DNA of 64,000 bases, taken from Antedon mediterranea. Lineage: Eukaryota; Animalia; Echinodermata. Position 1 is the stretch's first letter, and each line of letters starts with the position of its first letter. The notes under the pieces were generated by a model that searched no databases, was not told the origin of the DNA, and worked only from the letters and a program-made list of their open reading frames with translations. Both the position numbers and the translations under genes were made by a program. Of this stretch, positions 15,461 to 28,940 are shown one piece after another. Location of the stretch: assembly GCF_964355755.1 (NCBI RefSeq), contig NC_092678.1:7456422-7520421 (forward strand), in the 5' to 3' direction.

Positions 15461-16087
15461 CGGTAAATCCACTGTAACATAAGCATGTGTAGCCCGACTC
15501 TCTCTGCACGCAGTCGCCACTGTTTCCACATGGATTTGAGTAGCAGAAGTTGATTTCGGTCTTGCAGTAATTCCCAGTAAATCCAAGTGGACAATCACAT
15601 CGGTACTGCACTTCCGGATGCACTGGACGGAATATCACTGTTTGAACGGAGATGAAATCAGCGACATCCGTGAAGATGAATGGAGAGATACACTGTGCAT
15701 AGTAACTACAGATCTCATTTAGACAGAGGTTGTCACCAAATGGTAACACTGTTGCTCCGGAGACGCGCGACAACTCTGCTCTTTTCAAATACACACGTTC
15801 CTGAAGGTACTGCGATTGGAAGAAAGTACGATCATTTTGCTGCGCTGCGAAAGTAACATTGAGAATTGTTTGTTTTGCAATGTCGTCCCGAACACTAAAG
15901 AGGAACACATGATTCTTTTCAGCAGGTATGATGGCAGCAAGTGCATCGATGAACTGGAGTAGCTTGTTACTGAGGAAGTCACTGGATGAGATGTTCTCCA
16001 GTTGGACTGTGACAGAACTAAAGAACATCTCCTCTGTCACAAGTGTGTTGTGGAAATTACATGTTGCTCTTTTGACGTTCACACCAT
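15461..16087 (-). CDS. CELSR: CELSR coding exon 3: end of EC9, membrane-proximal (Flamingo-box-like) domain and first EGF-like repeats
   Basis: Acceptor ccctccag|ATGGT gives VS-D-GVNVKRATC. The exon contains LQERVYLKR, VLPFGDNLCLNEIC, IFRPVHP...CDCPLGFTGNYCKTEINFCYSNPC...REsGYTCLC, all characteristic of CELSR/Flamingo. Donor ACC G|gtaagt at 15461/15460. 627 nt, phase 1-1. I recognised no further CELSR exon in 1-15460. Confidence 0.95.
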
Positions 16088-17429
16088 CTGGAGGGAAAAA
16101 AGTAAACAATAATTTAGAAAATATATATACTATTTTATTGTTTCAGGTTCACTCTCCACCTCAGCAATAAAATGTATCAAATATTGACACACTTATTATT
16201 TTGAAGAATTTATGATAGAAAAAATGACGATCACAATTTTTAGATCATCTACACAAAATAAATAAATACTAATCAATTGATTAGATTCAATAAAAAGCAA
16301 GTTATGAAGTGACATTGTATAGTCATATGGATATATTTCTTAAAAAAGTATATATTATACCCAGTCATCTAGAAGCCACTTTAACAGAGATTTTAACCGG
16401 AGTTTGATATACAAACCTGGTATGATTTAAATTCAAATGGATAAAATGTAACTGGTAAAGTAACAATAGAATATCTAAGCACCACTCCCAAGACAATGGT
16501 TTCATTGTTGAACCGCACCCTTAGGTGGGACACTACGCCCATGCACACCTCACCATTTCTTTTCAAGTTATATTTTCCCCTTGGAAGGGAAAAAGCCTAT
16601 GTTGGTTTATCCAGGTAAGCTAGGCACGAAATAGATATATTATGTTGAAGTCAAAATGCCTTATAAAACAAATATAAATTCTGTATGATATTTTCCAATT
16701 TCCACTAACAGCTTGCCAAATATCATTACTACATAAGTCATCTTATACAAAATGCTAAAATGGTAATATATTGCTAAGAGGATTCTATCACTATCTATCA
16801 TGTAACGACCAGTTTCTGTCATTTCCATGGTAACCGCAATAAACAAACTAACTTCCCAATGGCCATGTATGAATAACATCAATAGATTGTGACAAAATAA
16901 TGGATGATAATGTAAAATAAATATAGAACTCTTGATGATTCATGGTGAACTGATTGTGATTAAAACGACTTAAAAAAGGAATCATTTCAGAGGCAATGCA
17001 CTGTCGTAGATTAATTAAAAACGTTTGAGAAAACATTCAAGATTATTTATTCATTCATAAACTAGAAATTTGACTTTCTTTTGGAAATTATACACATAAC
17101 ATACATTAAAACATCAAATGACATTTAAATTAGATAAAAAGTATGCTTAAAAACAAGATTGTTGAATATTTTCTAAAAAATGAGTTTTGATTTCTTCTAA
17201 AGATGAATTCATGGTACACATAGTCTAAAACCGGAATGATTAAAATTAATTTGGAAGTTGTTCTGTGTTCTGGAAAGACTGGAAGAAGATCAATTTATAT
17301 TATCATCACATTTAAATAAAATTCCTGAAGACATGTCTTAAATGATTCTCTTTGTCATCCTAGTAAGTAGAAGTGAATAAATGTATTAGCGAGTAGGTGA
17401 TTTCAGAGAAAAGAGATAAAAGACTACAC

Positions 17430-17975
17430 GGGTATTGCTAAACACCACAAACCCCCGCAAACCTCCAAAAAAACATAGCAAACCCCATCGAACCAACATA
17501 AAACTGATTGAATCGTGTATTGTACAACCCACTGGGTATATCCATGTAAAAAAAATATTAAATTTCTACTGTTAACTACTTATTTTTGGGGTAAAACATC
17601 ATTTTTTGGTCAAAAATGATTGCTAATTTTTAACCAAAAAATGATGTTTTATCCCCAAAAAAGTAGTTAACAGTAGAAATTTAATAATTTATATACCCAG
17701 TGGGTCGTACACTACATTATTCAATCACTTTTATGTTGGTTCGGTGGGGTTTGCTATGGTTTTTTGGAGGTTTGCGGGGTTTAGCAATCATTTTTGACCA
17801 AAAAATGATGTTTTACCCCAAAAATAAGTTGTTAACAGTAGAAATTTAATTTTTATTTACATTGATATACCCAGTGGGTTGTACACTACATGATTCAATC
17901 ACTTTTATGTTGGTTCGGTAGGGTTTGCTATGTTTTTTTGGAGGTTTGCGGGGGTTGTGGTGTTTAGCAATACCC
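17430..17975. mobile_element. Foldback-type non-autonomous DNA transposon, copy 1
   Basis: Ends GGGTATTGCTAAACACC...GGTGTTTAGCAATACCC. 8-bp TSD GACTACAC at 17422-17429 and 17976-17983. The body is made of roughly 170-bp modules in inverted orientation. Confidence 0.92.
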
Positions 17976-18990
17976 GACTACACTGTACAACAAACATTTG
18001 GAAACTAAACTCAAGAAGACACTGGATTAAAAAAAAGATTTCACCAAGAAAATAAGCAAAAACACAGTGACTATTTCATCAAGATGAAAATGTCATTTCA
18101 AAAAGTCATTCTGCACCACCACCGCTCAGTCAAGTGGCATGTCGCAAAAATTGATGTCTACCTATTTGGCTATCAGCCAATTGAACTGGAATCAATTTAT
18201 GTATTTCATCTTTTTTAATTCAATGTATAAATAAACTATTGGGGTGCTTTGCTGATTACATCATCGTACTGTATATGCAAAATAATTATTAATTTAGTCG
18301 TTCACATTTAAGACAGCATATTAAATATAACACGGGTTTAAATATATTTTTGAAGTACAAACTTTTCAGATGAGACAACCAAAATAACATAACAAAAGAA
18401 GGGATCCGTGCTTCATACCAAAAATCAATAACAGTCGTTCGTACAATGAAAGTGGTATAGCGTCAGGCATACATTGTCCTCGTGTTTAATGACACTCTGG
18501 GGACAATTGAAAAATAGTTATGGGACAATGACATTGGTAAACATCAACTGCAAGTTATTTCAACGATAATAGATGAGCAATTTACTATTTCTTCCTATTC
18601 AATTAGTTGGAACTATTTTAATTGTGTACCATGACTTCACTGAACACAGAGATTAAGTGACAGACATTATAAAACCTTCAATAGAATGTGTGTAGGGATT
18701 GTATTAAAGAAACTGAATTTACATTCTTGAAATCGTAAATGTACTTTAAAAATGAAAAAAAAATAGAAACATAGAATTTTCAAATGTCTTTCCATAACGA
18801 CTTTAAAAACAAGTGGACAGGGAAGTATCTATATACACACTTGTAGGGTTGGTAAAGTCTACACATGGTCCCTACAGTACAAGTCAGCATATTTCTTTTT
18901 TCTTCAATGTTGTGAAATATTTATTTCTAATTTTTCACTATGTTTATTTTTTACAAATTTATTTTTGTTTTACTGATGATTTTTTTTTTT

Positions 18991-20585
18991 TTGGTTATCC
19001 GCAACGAAGTTGCAGGATAACCTCTTGTGATTGTACGAAATCATCAACATCAACTTTTTATTTCTCTTCTTTCTTTCTGTATGATTTTTGTGGAACGCTT
19101 TTCTCGAAAACTTGCAAACATAACATTTTGTAACTTTCTCAACATATCGTCGTGCACATGAAGATGTGCAGCGAAGCTTTTCATGATGTTTACAATTGCG
19201 CAACGTGACTTACGCGCGATTTAACGATTTTGTCGTATTTAACATAGCTCGACAACCAAATAACATTTCAACTTGAAACTTTGCAAAAGTTTAATTTATA
19301 TCCTGCGCTAACTTTCTGTTGAAAAAAAATTGCGTGTTTTACACAAAGTTACGCACGCACGCGCATATAAAATTTCAAAATGCGCAAAATTAATTTATAA
19401 TCAACTTTCTACGCGTTTCATGTCGTTTTAAGCATGTCAACAATTCCCATGCGTGCGCACATTTTTACGTGTGCGGTGCGCACGTAGCATCGAAAACGTA
19501 TTTTATTCGCGTAATTTATGTTTTTCCAGCCTTTTCTAGTAATTTTACCAAATTTTATACAATTTCGACTTAAAGATACGTCATACGAGCACGTCGAATT
19601 GGACAATTTGCGCGCGTTTTTTATGAAAAGGTTAAAAAATTCGTTTAAAATATGCCTTTTTTTAAACAGTCGTAATTTCTAAACTAGACGGTCAAATTTT
19701 TGTGGATGACATATTCTAGAAGTAGATGAGTTGTAGATATCGGATCAGGTATTAATATGGCTAACCGGACATAGTGACGTCATCGTATGGCCACGCGAAT
19801 ATAAAATTTAGGATTTTTGTATCTTTCGTCATAGCTCATCACATTGAATAGAGCGCATCTCCACTTATCCGATGTCCATTTTCACCCCGATTTTGATATT
19901 GTCTAGGTCAATCAACTATCTTTCGCATGAGTTAAAAATATTTTAATTTTTTTGACGTCATCATGCCTAAAAATTTAAATCACGTGTGGCATTAATTTCA
20001 TCTTTACAGTAAATTTTAATCTGTTATAGCTCGAAAGAATAAAATGTGATAATCACGATTAAAACTTTTTCTGGAAGCTATTGGATTGTAGATACGAAAT
20101 TATGTAAAAATGTTGCCAATCGGATGTTGTGACGTCATTATATGGCCAGTTAAATAAAAAAGGTCGTATTTTCATCTTTTGCGTCATAATTCATTACATT
20201 TAAAAGAGCGCGCATCAATATTTCACGTATTCAAATTTCTTCTACACGCTAATACGTTGTTGCTGAGATAATTTCCTTTCGGAATTGCTATCTTCGCGTT
20301 TCATTTTAAAACCGTCAACATGTTAAAAATTGCAATAAATAGCGGGTCCCGTAATTTCACCTATTCTACACTGTATGTGATATGGATACAGATTATACTG
20401 TGTATACTATATATGAATTTAAATAATAAAATTCAGCAATAACAAACATATCATATTTTTCAGTTCAGGTCATAATGCCAACGTGAACACTTCCTTTTGT
20501 CCTCAACCTAACCCTTTAGTGTTAATGTTGCACCACTTGCGCGGCGGATAACCAAACTCGTCAAAGTGACGAGTTACATGTCTAG
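18991..20585 (+). mobile_element. Non-autonomous Helentron/Helitron-type element (HINE-like)
   Basis: Starts after a T run with GGTTATCCGC and a short hairpin (gcaggataacc). The 3' end has the subterminal inverted copy GCGGATAACC (20544-20553), then the hairpin ACTCGTC-aaagt-GACGAGT, then CTAG followed by TTT. It is CpG-richer than its flanks, with an internal duplication of about 355 bp. Confidence 0.75.
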
Positions 20586-21573
20586 TTTATTTATTTAAAT
20601 TTCTGCCAAATACAAGGTTTATTATGTAAACTTGCTACAGTAGTTAATCAAAATAAAACAATGAGATCTATTTATTTATTTGTTCTTTCTGTAAACTGAA
20701 ATACATTTTCAATACAAATGTACTGATTTCCAAAGTGGTTCAGTAAACATATTTATAAAAAAAATAAAATAGAATGCAAACGTTTGAAAACATTTTTAAA
20801 ATGAGTGTTGAATTAAATAAATGTAAAATTATGTCCTACAGTAGGCTCCATTATAATGTTGTCTATAATGAAATTCAAACCAGCATAGATTTTCACATAT
20901 TCTTAAATCTAGCTATCACATTTCAATTTACTTAAATGACTTCTAAATATCCTTGATATCATTTTGTCAACACAAAGTTTATTTTATCAATTTATGTAGA
21001 AATCATCTGACATAATTTAAGAGAAGATTAATATAGGATATAGTAAATTACCAACTTGGGAGCCAGCAATGTGGTAATTTATTGAAACTGTTTTTTCAAC
21101 AACTAAAATCAGTGCGTGTGTGTACACACATTTTTCTAGTGATAAATAATGTTAAAAATAGCTTTTTCATGCTGTATTGTGAGGGAAATTATTTTGTAAT
21201 TCTAAAGCCTATTCTAAAGTTCAGATCAATTTTTATTTTAAAACATTTTCCTGGTTGGTAAAAATGTTTACACAAACCCACCAACAGTGGTGTATGTAGT
21301 TTGTGTGCCTGTTAACCTGGATAAACCGAATATATTTATGAAAGAGGATAGTAGACCACCCCTATTGGATAATGGTATTGGAACGCTTATGTCTGTGATC
21401 TTGCAATTAGAATTTTGGTGGAAAATTGTATCGTTTAAATTGGTTATTTCTAACCAAATATGTATGTTCAAGAGATGTGGTCTTTACACCATACACTTTA
21501 TAGTATCTTTATTTTGTATAGAAAAGCAACAATTCCATGTTTACAATTTGGTAAAATCTTTTAAAATACTAAA

Positions 21574-21756
21574 AGTGGAGATGTAGCTTGGTGGTTATTG
21601 AGCTTGCCTTTTAATCCAAAGGTACGAGGCTCAATTCTGACCTAGTGCCAGGGTTGCAATTCACGACTCAAATAAATGAGTTTATAAGCACAATAAATTA
21701 TTAAATAGGTTATCCTGCCTGTAATTCGCTGTTGGATGCGTATGAAATAAAAAAAA
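21574..21756 (+). mobile_element. tRNA-derived SINE, copy 1
   Basis: Head has an A-box-like TAGCTTGGTGG and a degenerate B box GGCTCAATTC. Body contains cacgactc and gctgttggatgcgtatg, and the tail is A-rich. Homologous to 47195-47394. Confidence 0.75.
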
Positions 21757-23577
21757 TTATAAATTTAAATGAAACTTGCGGACATTGAACTTGTTCTGCC
21801 ATTTCTTTTTCAATTGTAGGTAAAACATGATTCTAGTTGTGTGGCACCAAACTTTTGCATACCTTTATGGTCCAAATAATTTAATAGGGAAAACACATTG
21901 ATATAGACATTTATCCTGGTGTTCCATGGCTAAATATTTTGACATTTCTGATGTAAATGAACTGTGAGAAAAATTCTAAATGCATATTATGTCTCAAACT
22001 GCCAGGGGGGTCAAAATGAATATGGTGAAGTGATAATAGAAAGACAAACGATGTATTTCAAAGAAATTTTTGTTTTTTATATATATTTTTTTCTTTTACA
22101 AAAATTTTATTTTACTACCGTAGGCCAAATATTTGTTACTTTTATCTATAATAAAGGGCCAGACTAGAGTACATTTTGCAACCTACTGTAATTGTGTTTG
22201 CCTTCAGGAAAAAATTTATTTATTTTAACAATTAATATTTTTATTTGCAACCTGTTTTAGTGTTTTACAGTATTGGTTTGAAATCAATAATAAACAACAT
22301 ATGAATAAAATATACTGTAAAAACACAACAAAATGATTCCATCTTTACGAATATTCCTGGAGGCATTTTGCACGTTTTTAATATTATTAACAAATGATCA
22401 AAGTTCAATGTCTATACAATGTAAACAGATACTAATCTTCCATGGAAGAAAAATGATACCTAATTGCTTTGGATGAAAAATAAGAATGGTTAGATGGCCG
22501 CTGGGCAAGACCACATGGGGATCGCACTGGACATTGTCGCACATCAATGTTGTCATCTCAGCTGGTTGGGTCTGACCCCTCAAGTAGGCCTAATGAACAA
22601 AAGACATGCCAGCAGTATTTTGAACATGATGGTATTTGGAGTTGCATTATATTATATCTCTCAAAGTACATGCTTAGCCTGTCTCATACGTGCAGTTAAA
22701 TTTTCCTAACCTGGAAACAAAAATGCAATTTTATAAAGTAATTATATTTTTTAAATAGTTAGGTATAGAAACACACTCAGTAGGAATCAGTGAACGGTGA
22801 AGATGATGGATTAATGAGAAAATGCTATCCCTAACCAAGATTCGAACCAAAAATCTTCTACTTGAAAAGTAGACATCCTACCATTAGACCACGAAGGCTT
22901 TTATATTATTTATCACAAAACCAGTTTTTATTTCATAGTTTTTTTTACATTATTATATATAAGCAGTTTGATCAATCAAATTTCAGTAATTTACAAAATA
23001 ATTGTAAGCAATGTCGACACTTGCATAGTTCTTATTTGGCGATATTACTATTCTATCATGTTGTGAAATTCTTAAACCCTTCTGTGTAACTGCCTACCTT
23101 CTATTCACTTCTAGTTAGTAGATTAAAGGGCATAAAAGAATTGAACCTGTTCGACAAAGCCACCTTTAATACACCCATTCATTTACCCTATTGTATGGAT
23201 CCATTGTGATTACTTGTTGTTTGTGGAATTACTCGCTCAAGCGTACTTAATGCTGCAGATTAGAATGAATTAAATGCCTTATGGAATTTTGATTCAACAC
23301 ATTATTAGATTCAATCAGTCAATTTTTACTAATTTTGTAACCTTATCTGTTAGATTATTTATAATGAAAATTAAACCTCTTTAAAGACAGTAGTATTGAA
23401 AACTACTAATCAATCCTAAAATTTACCAACTTGCTGCAATAGGATTTTGTTGTCCATTAAAAAAGATACCTAATTCTAATACTTTCTTCAGCAAAGCGGT
23501 TAAAAGAGAGTAAAAAAACATATTCTGTAGGCCTTTAGAAGAATTACACAAAATTTAGGGGGAAAAATATAGATACA

Positions 23578-23790
23578 GGGCCTGTTTCTACTGAGCAACA
23601 GAGAATACAGATTTAAAACGCCATATAATTTGAAGGGTTACCATTTTGAAAGAACAGAACTTTCTTGTCAACAGGTTCACAAAAAGAACAGCTTATTTAT
23701 ATACTTTTAAAAACCTCAATTGATTCCGGTCTCTATCATCAACTCTTGGAGAAATTTTCAGCTTCAAAACAATCTTTTATAAAACCTTTC
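23578..23790. mobile_element. Degenerate partial copy of the 6694-7494 Harbinger-type MITE
   Basis: gggcctgtttctactgagcaacagagaatacag matches the left end of the 6694 element. The right TIR was not found. Confidence 0.6.
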
Positions 23791-24194
23791 CATTCTTTTC
23801 AAATTGAGACTGAACACCTACAGTTATAAAACTATCAATATAACCTGTACAATTTCAATTTTTTAACCGTATTGAGATATTTCTTGTCTACTTTCAAAAG
23901 AATAGACAAAATTCTTTTAATAATGACATAATAAGATGATCTCATCCGTTATTGTGTGACAAGTTTTACTACTACTAAGTAATCTTTGTACATTATTGTA
24001 CCTTCACAATACCAATACTATTGTAGTGCAAAAGACATATTTGAATGACTTATCAAAACGCACATCGTTTCTTTTATTATATATTATAATGTATACAATC
24101 CTGGGCCTAATATTTACATCACTTTGAATGGTAACTGGTTACAATATTATACAATACAGGCTTCCTTACAGGCTTTCGATTTCTACATATTTAT

Positions 24195-24934
24195 GGGTAT
24201 TGCTAAACACCGCAAACCCCGCAAACCCCCGCAAACCTCCAAAAAAACATAGCAAACCCCACCGAACCAACATAAAAGTGATTGAATCATGTAGTGTACA
24301 ACCCACTGGGTATATCAATGTAAAAAAAAAATTAAATTTCTACTGTTAACAACTTATTTTTGGGGTAAAACATCATTTTTTGGTCAAAAATGATTGTTAA
24401 ACCCCGCAAACCTCCAAAAAACCATAGCAAACCCCACCGAACCAACATTAAAGTGATTGAATAATGTAGTGTACGACCCACTCGGTATATAAATATTAAA
24501 TTTCTACTGTTAACTACTTTTTTGCAGATAAAACATCATTTTTTGGTTAAAAATTAGCAATCATTTTTGACCAAAAAATGATGTTTTACCCCAAAAATAA
24601 ATAGTTAACAGTAGAAATTTAATATTTTTTTTACATGGATATACCCAGTGGGTTGTACACTACATGATTCAATCACTTTTATGTTGGTTCGGTGGGGTTT
24701 GCTATATTTTTTTGGAGGTTTGCGGGGTTTAGCAATCATTTTTGACCAAAAAATGATGTTTTACCCCAAAAATAAATTGTTAACAGTAGAAATTTAATTT
24801 TTTTTTTACATGGATATACCCAGTGGGTTGTACACTACATGATTTAATCACTTTCATGTTGGTTCGATGGGGTTTGCTATGTTTTTTTGGAGGTTTGCGG
24901 GGGTTTGCGGGGTTTGCGGTGTTTAGCAATACCC
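24195..24934. mobile_element. Foldback-type non-autonomous DNA transposon, copy 2
   Basis: Same TIR. 8-bp TSD ATATTTAT at 24187-24194 and 24935-24942. Two forward and two reverse modules form a near-perfect 740-bp palindrome. Confidence 0.92.
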
Positions 24935-25079
24935 ATATTTATAACCAGAATATAAATTAGTCTGTTATTAAACACTACGATTCTACATTCATATTCACTC
25001 TCATCACAATTACTTTTTTTTTTATGAACATATTAAAAATACATTATGAGATTTAATTTATCGAAATATTAATTGTTAA

Positions 25080-25266
25080 AGCTTCCATTCTCACTAGAAT
25101 GCAACACAAGGAAACACGCAACACAACTGATTTGACCAATCGCGAGATAATCCAAACGGTTGTTTTTAATTTTTGTTTTTTTGGACGCAAATAAATTATG
25201 TCTTTTGAATTGAATTATATGCGTTGTGTGTACGTAATTCTATTGCGTCCTAGTGGGAACCCAGCT
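25080..25266. mobile_element. Small old MITE
   Basis: Imperfect TIR agcttccattctcactag / ctagtgggaacccagct, flanked by taa/tta, with internal gcaac/gttg inverted repeats. Confidence 0.45.
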
Positions 25267-25387
25267 TTAGCAAGATGTGTAATTATGCTGCAGAAATCGT
25301 CCACTTATCCATCTAAAATCTTATTTTAAGACCTTTTACCTGCTGTACCTTAATTTTTAAAAAAACAAGAAAACAGTACCTAATTAA

Positions 25388-25899
25388 TATAGCAAACCCC
25401 ACCGAACCAACATTAAAGTGATTGAATAATGTAGTGTACGACCCACTGGGTATATAAATATTAAATTTCTACTGTTAACTACTTTTTTGCGGATAAAACA
25501 TCATTTTTTGGTTAAAAATTAGCAATTATTTTTGACCAAAAAATGATGTTTTACCCCAAAAATAAATAGTTAACAGTAGAAATTTAATATTTTTTTTACA
25601 TGGATATACCCAGTAGGTTGTACACTACATGATTCAATCACTTTTATGTTGGTTCGGTGGGGTTTGCTATATTTTTTTGGAGGTTTGCGGGGTTTAGCAA
25701 TCATTTTTGACCAAAAAATGATGTTTTACCCCAAAAATAAGTTGTTAACAGTAGAAATTTAATTTTTTTTTTACATGGATATACCCAGTAGGTTGTACAC
25801 TACATGATTCAATCACTTTTATGTTGGTTCGATGGGGTTTGCTATGTTTTTTTGGAGGTTTGCGGGGGTTTGCGGGGTTTGCGGTGTTTAGCAATACCC
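25388..25899. mobile_element. Foldback-type element, copy 3 (left-truncated)
   Basis: Near-identical to about 24423-24934 and ends in TTTAGCAATACCC. The left TIR is missing. Confidence 0.88.
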
Positions 25900-25919
25900 T
25901 TTTCAAAGAGCAAAACAAT

Positions 25920-26327
25920 AAACATAACGTTTATCTTTTTTCTTCATATTGTAATATATGAAACTTGAAAGTAATTATGCACTTTCATAATATGTCACTG
26001 TTTAAAATTTGTGAAGATTTTATCATAGTAAAAATTATGATTTAGTTCGGTATGTAATAATCAACTTGCATCGAGGGGTTCACGACAATTCTTCGGATTT
26101 TCTTCAGCAGGTGCTCATGTGGCTCGATGTGTAGTGCAACCGCCTTTGGTATCAGAGGTACCGGGATCGAATCCCATCAGGCGAAAACAATTAAATAAAA
26201 TGATTTATTTGGTTATTACACCGAAAGGGCAGTTTTAATTTTGAATGAGAGTACTTGAATGCGAAAGATAAGTTTTGTTACGGGCGGATAACCAAACTCG
26301 TCCTCAAGTGACGAGTTCCATGTCTAG
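25920..26327 (+). mobile_element. 3' end of a related Helentron-type element, containing a tRNA-like segment
   Basis: Same terminus GCGGATAACCaaACTCGTC...GACGAGTtccatgtCTAGttt at 26284-26330. The 5' boundary is uncertain. Confidence 0.6.
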
Positions 26328-28940
26328 TTTACAGTTATGTTTACTAAGGAATGTAATTGTATTAAACTACTGTGGAGTAGCTTTGCGTCAGGGAGTTGAG
26401 TAATTGGTCAGATGTTTAGCCCTACTCTGATGCAATTTGTACTTCATACTACAGTAAGTACATTTGAGAATACTTGCGAATTTTGCAAATGTCTATCAAT
26501 GTGGGCTGGTTAAGTCTTGTATGGCTGATGCAAGGTTGTCATTTAATAGCTTTAATATTCCCCAGCTTTCTGTAACAGCCCAAGGTATGATCTTATGACC
26601 TTGTTGCCATAGCAACTGTAAGTTTGGGTATACCATACCACATTCAAACTAACCATTCACAAAAGCCCATCATATACTGTACAGTACAGTTAGTACATTA
26701 ATAACCTGTATTAATGCCAACTATAGTACTGTATAATTATCAAAACTATTTTTGTGAATTACAAACGCATGAATCCAAGGTATTAAAACATTTCAATCTA
26801 ACAACCAAATCTGCTATCATTATTATATCATTTGGTATATCTATTGAAAGTAATAAAACCGACCAATTAAGTAAATTAATTACAGGCTTAAATTGTCTAG
26901 CAACCGTCAACAAACACCTAATGTAAACTTACTGTTAGCAATAATATTAGTCTAAAGTATGTTTTGTGTTTGTCCGACAAGCACAATGGTAAAGGAAGTT
27001 ATAGTGTGGATATGTTCAATCACGTGAAAGTAACCAGCAACGCTTTTGTTAACGTCTTTCAATCTTTAACACAAGAGGCGACAGGTTAAAACCAACAAAG
27101 AAAGTCTACAAAGAAAGCTTTTTTAAAATGTGTGTGTAACTACTACAGGTAAAAAAGTTTTTTTCTTTTAATATGATCTATTTAGGTTAAAAAATATGGA
27201 CCAAGACTTTGGTCAATTCCATTTTTAATAAAATCTGATTATAATTCCATCCCTAATTGTTGAAACATCGTGTACCAAACTTGATGGTGGGTGCAAATAA
27301 TTTTTTGGGTAGAATGAAGAAAGTTATTTAAACAACCCAGTCAACAACTACTGTATCTTTAAGTAACTTTATTTTTATAAATTAAAGTGAATTTGTTGAT
27401 ACATTTTTTTTAATGACTTATCATAATCATAGATAGTTAATATTAAAATGTAGATTGTACATAATAAATAACAATGACAAAATCATAGTGCAAATATTTT
27501 GCTAAATTGTTCTTTGGACTTCCTACTGTAGTTGTTGTAAAATTTGATAAAATATCAAGATATAAACAATAATTGCGACAGTCCGAGTCCATCACAGTTA
27601 AAATATGTGCAGTTGTTGGAATTTATAGATACCGGTAGTAAATTTAAAAAAAATTCTAAAATTACTAAATTATACTGATTGTATGTATATAAATTTAGGA
27701 AAGTTGTTTTTGAGTGGTGTTTTCGGTAACCTTTATTTCTAAAATAAAAATGATGAAAATAAATACTAGGCCTAGAGTATGATAGTGAAAAGTTCATTAG
27801 GAGTGTATTAATTACAATCCTATTTCGGTTTCATGTAAAAGATCAGTAGATATCAAACACATGAGAACAACAGCCCAGTTGATTAAACAATACCTCAGCA
27901 AGAGCAGGCATAGACCTCATTATCTTAACAATAAAAATGGCCTGAAAGGGTGTAACTGAAGGTGACACTGGACAATACCTCCTGGTTGTAGAGTTACAAA
28001 GTGCCTGTTGTGGAATTCTATTGTAATATGCCTCTACAAAGTGTTGCTGGGTGTTCAAATCATGGTGAGCTCTCCTGAATATGGACTTTCACAAAACCAG
28101 AAGTTTTTCAAATAATATGATGATGATTGAACAGACAATCAATATAAATTAGTAGTTTTACAAATTTTATATTAATTTTGAAATTTCATTCAGAAAAAAT
28201 ACAGGGTTTTCGATATTGAGACAGCATTAAAAAGATCTATAAACAGGTTTTGACTTTATATTTGAGTTATATTTAGCAAATATACAGTATAAATAGAAAT
28301 GGCAAGGAACAGTTGATAAAGGGAAATTCAGGACTTTTTACAAACTATTTAACACAGTTTTGGTTGATCAACTTTGCATTAAAAGAATATCTTGTAGAAT
28401 CTAATCTATTGATAATAGAAACTTGTACAGTATGATGTAACGTTTAAAAGATGCTATCTTTTATTGTTTGGAAAACTGGCAGTAATTTTGAAGCGTGTCG
28501 TAGTTATTATTTTTATTGTGATAAATAATGTACAATAAAATAAAAAACACAAGTTGTCCCACTCAACAAATATTTTAAGTATTTTTAAAAGATAAATTAT
28601 AAAACAAAACAACATTTTTATAGGCATTAAATGAATGAAAAACATTATATGCTGCTGAAGCAAAGTAAAAACAAGTTCATGCCTGTGATTTCAACACAGA
28701 GTTAATTTTGGAAATATTTTTTAAATGTGCTGACATCCCCCCCCCCCCCCAAATATGGTAGCAATATGCTTAAGTATGGTAGTGATATGACATTATCATA
28801 ACCATATATGGGCACAACACAAAAAAGTTTGTTGATAGTGTAGACAAAGATTTATAATGAAAAACATACTGTACATGACCGATCTCCAATATGAAGTTTA
28901 ACCTCACCCCAAATTTTAGGACACAAGACTTAGGTAAATC

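Noticed and set aside
21574-21650. Functional tRNA genes here, at 47320-47394 or at 26111-26183
   Set aside because: The cloverleaf stems are poor and the heads run into shared repeat bodies, so SINE-like derivatives fit better.
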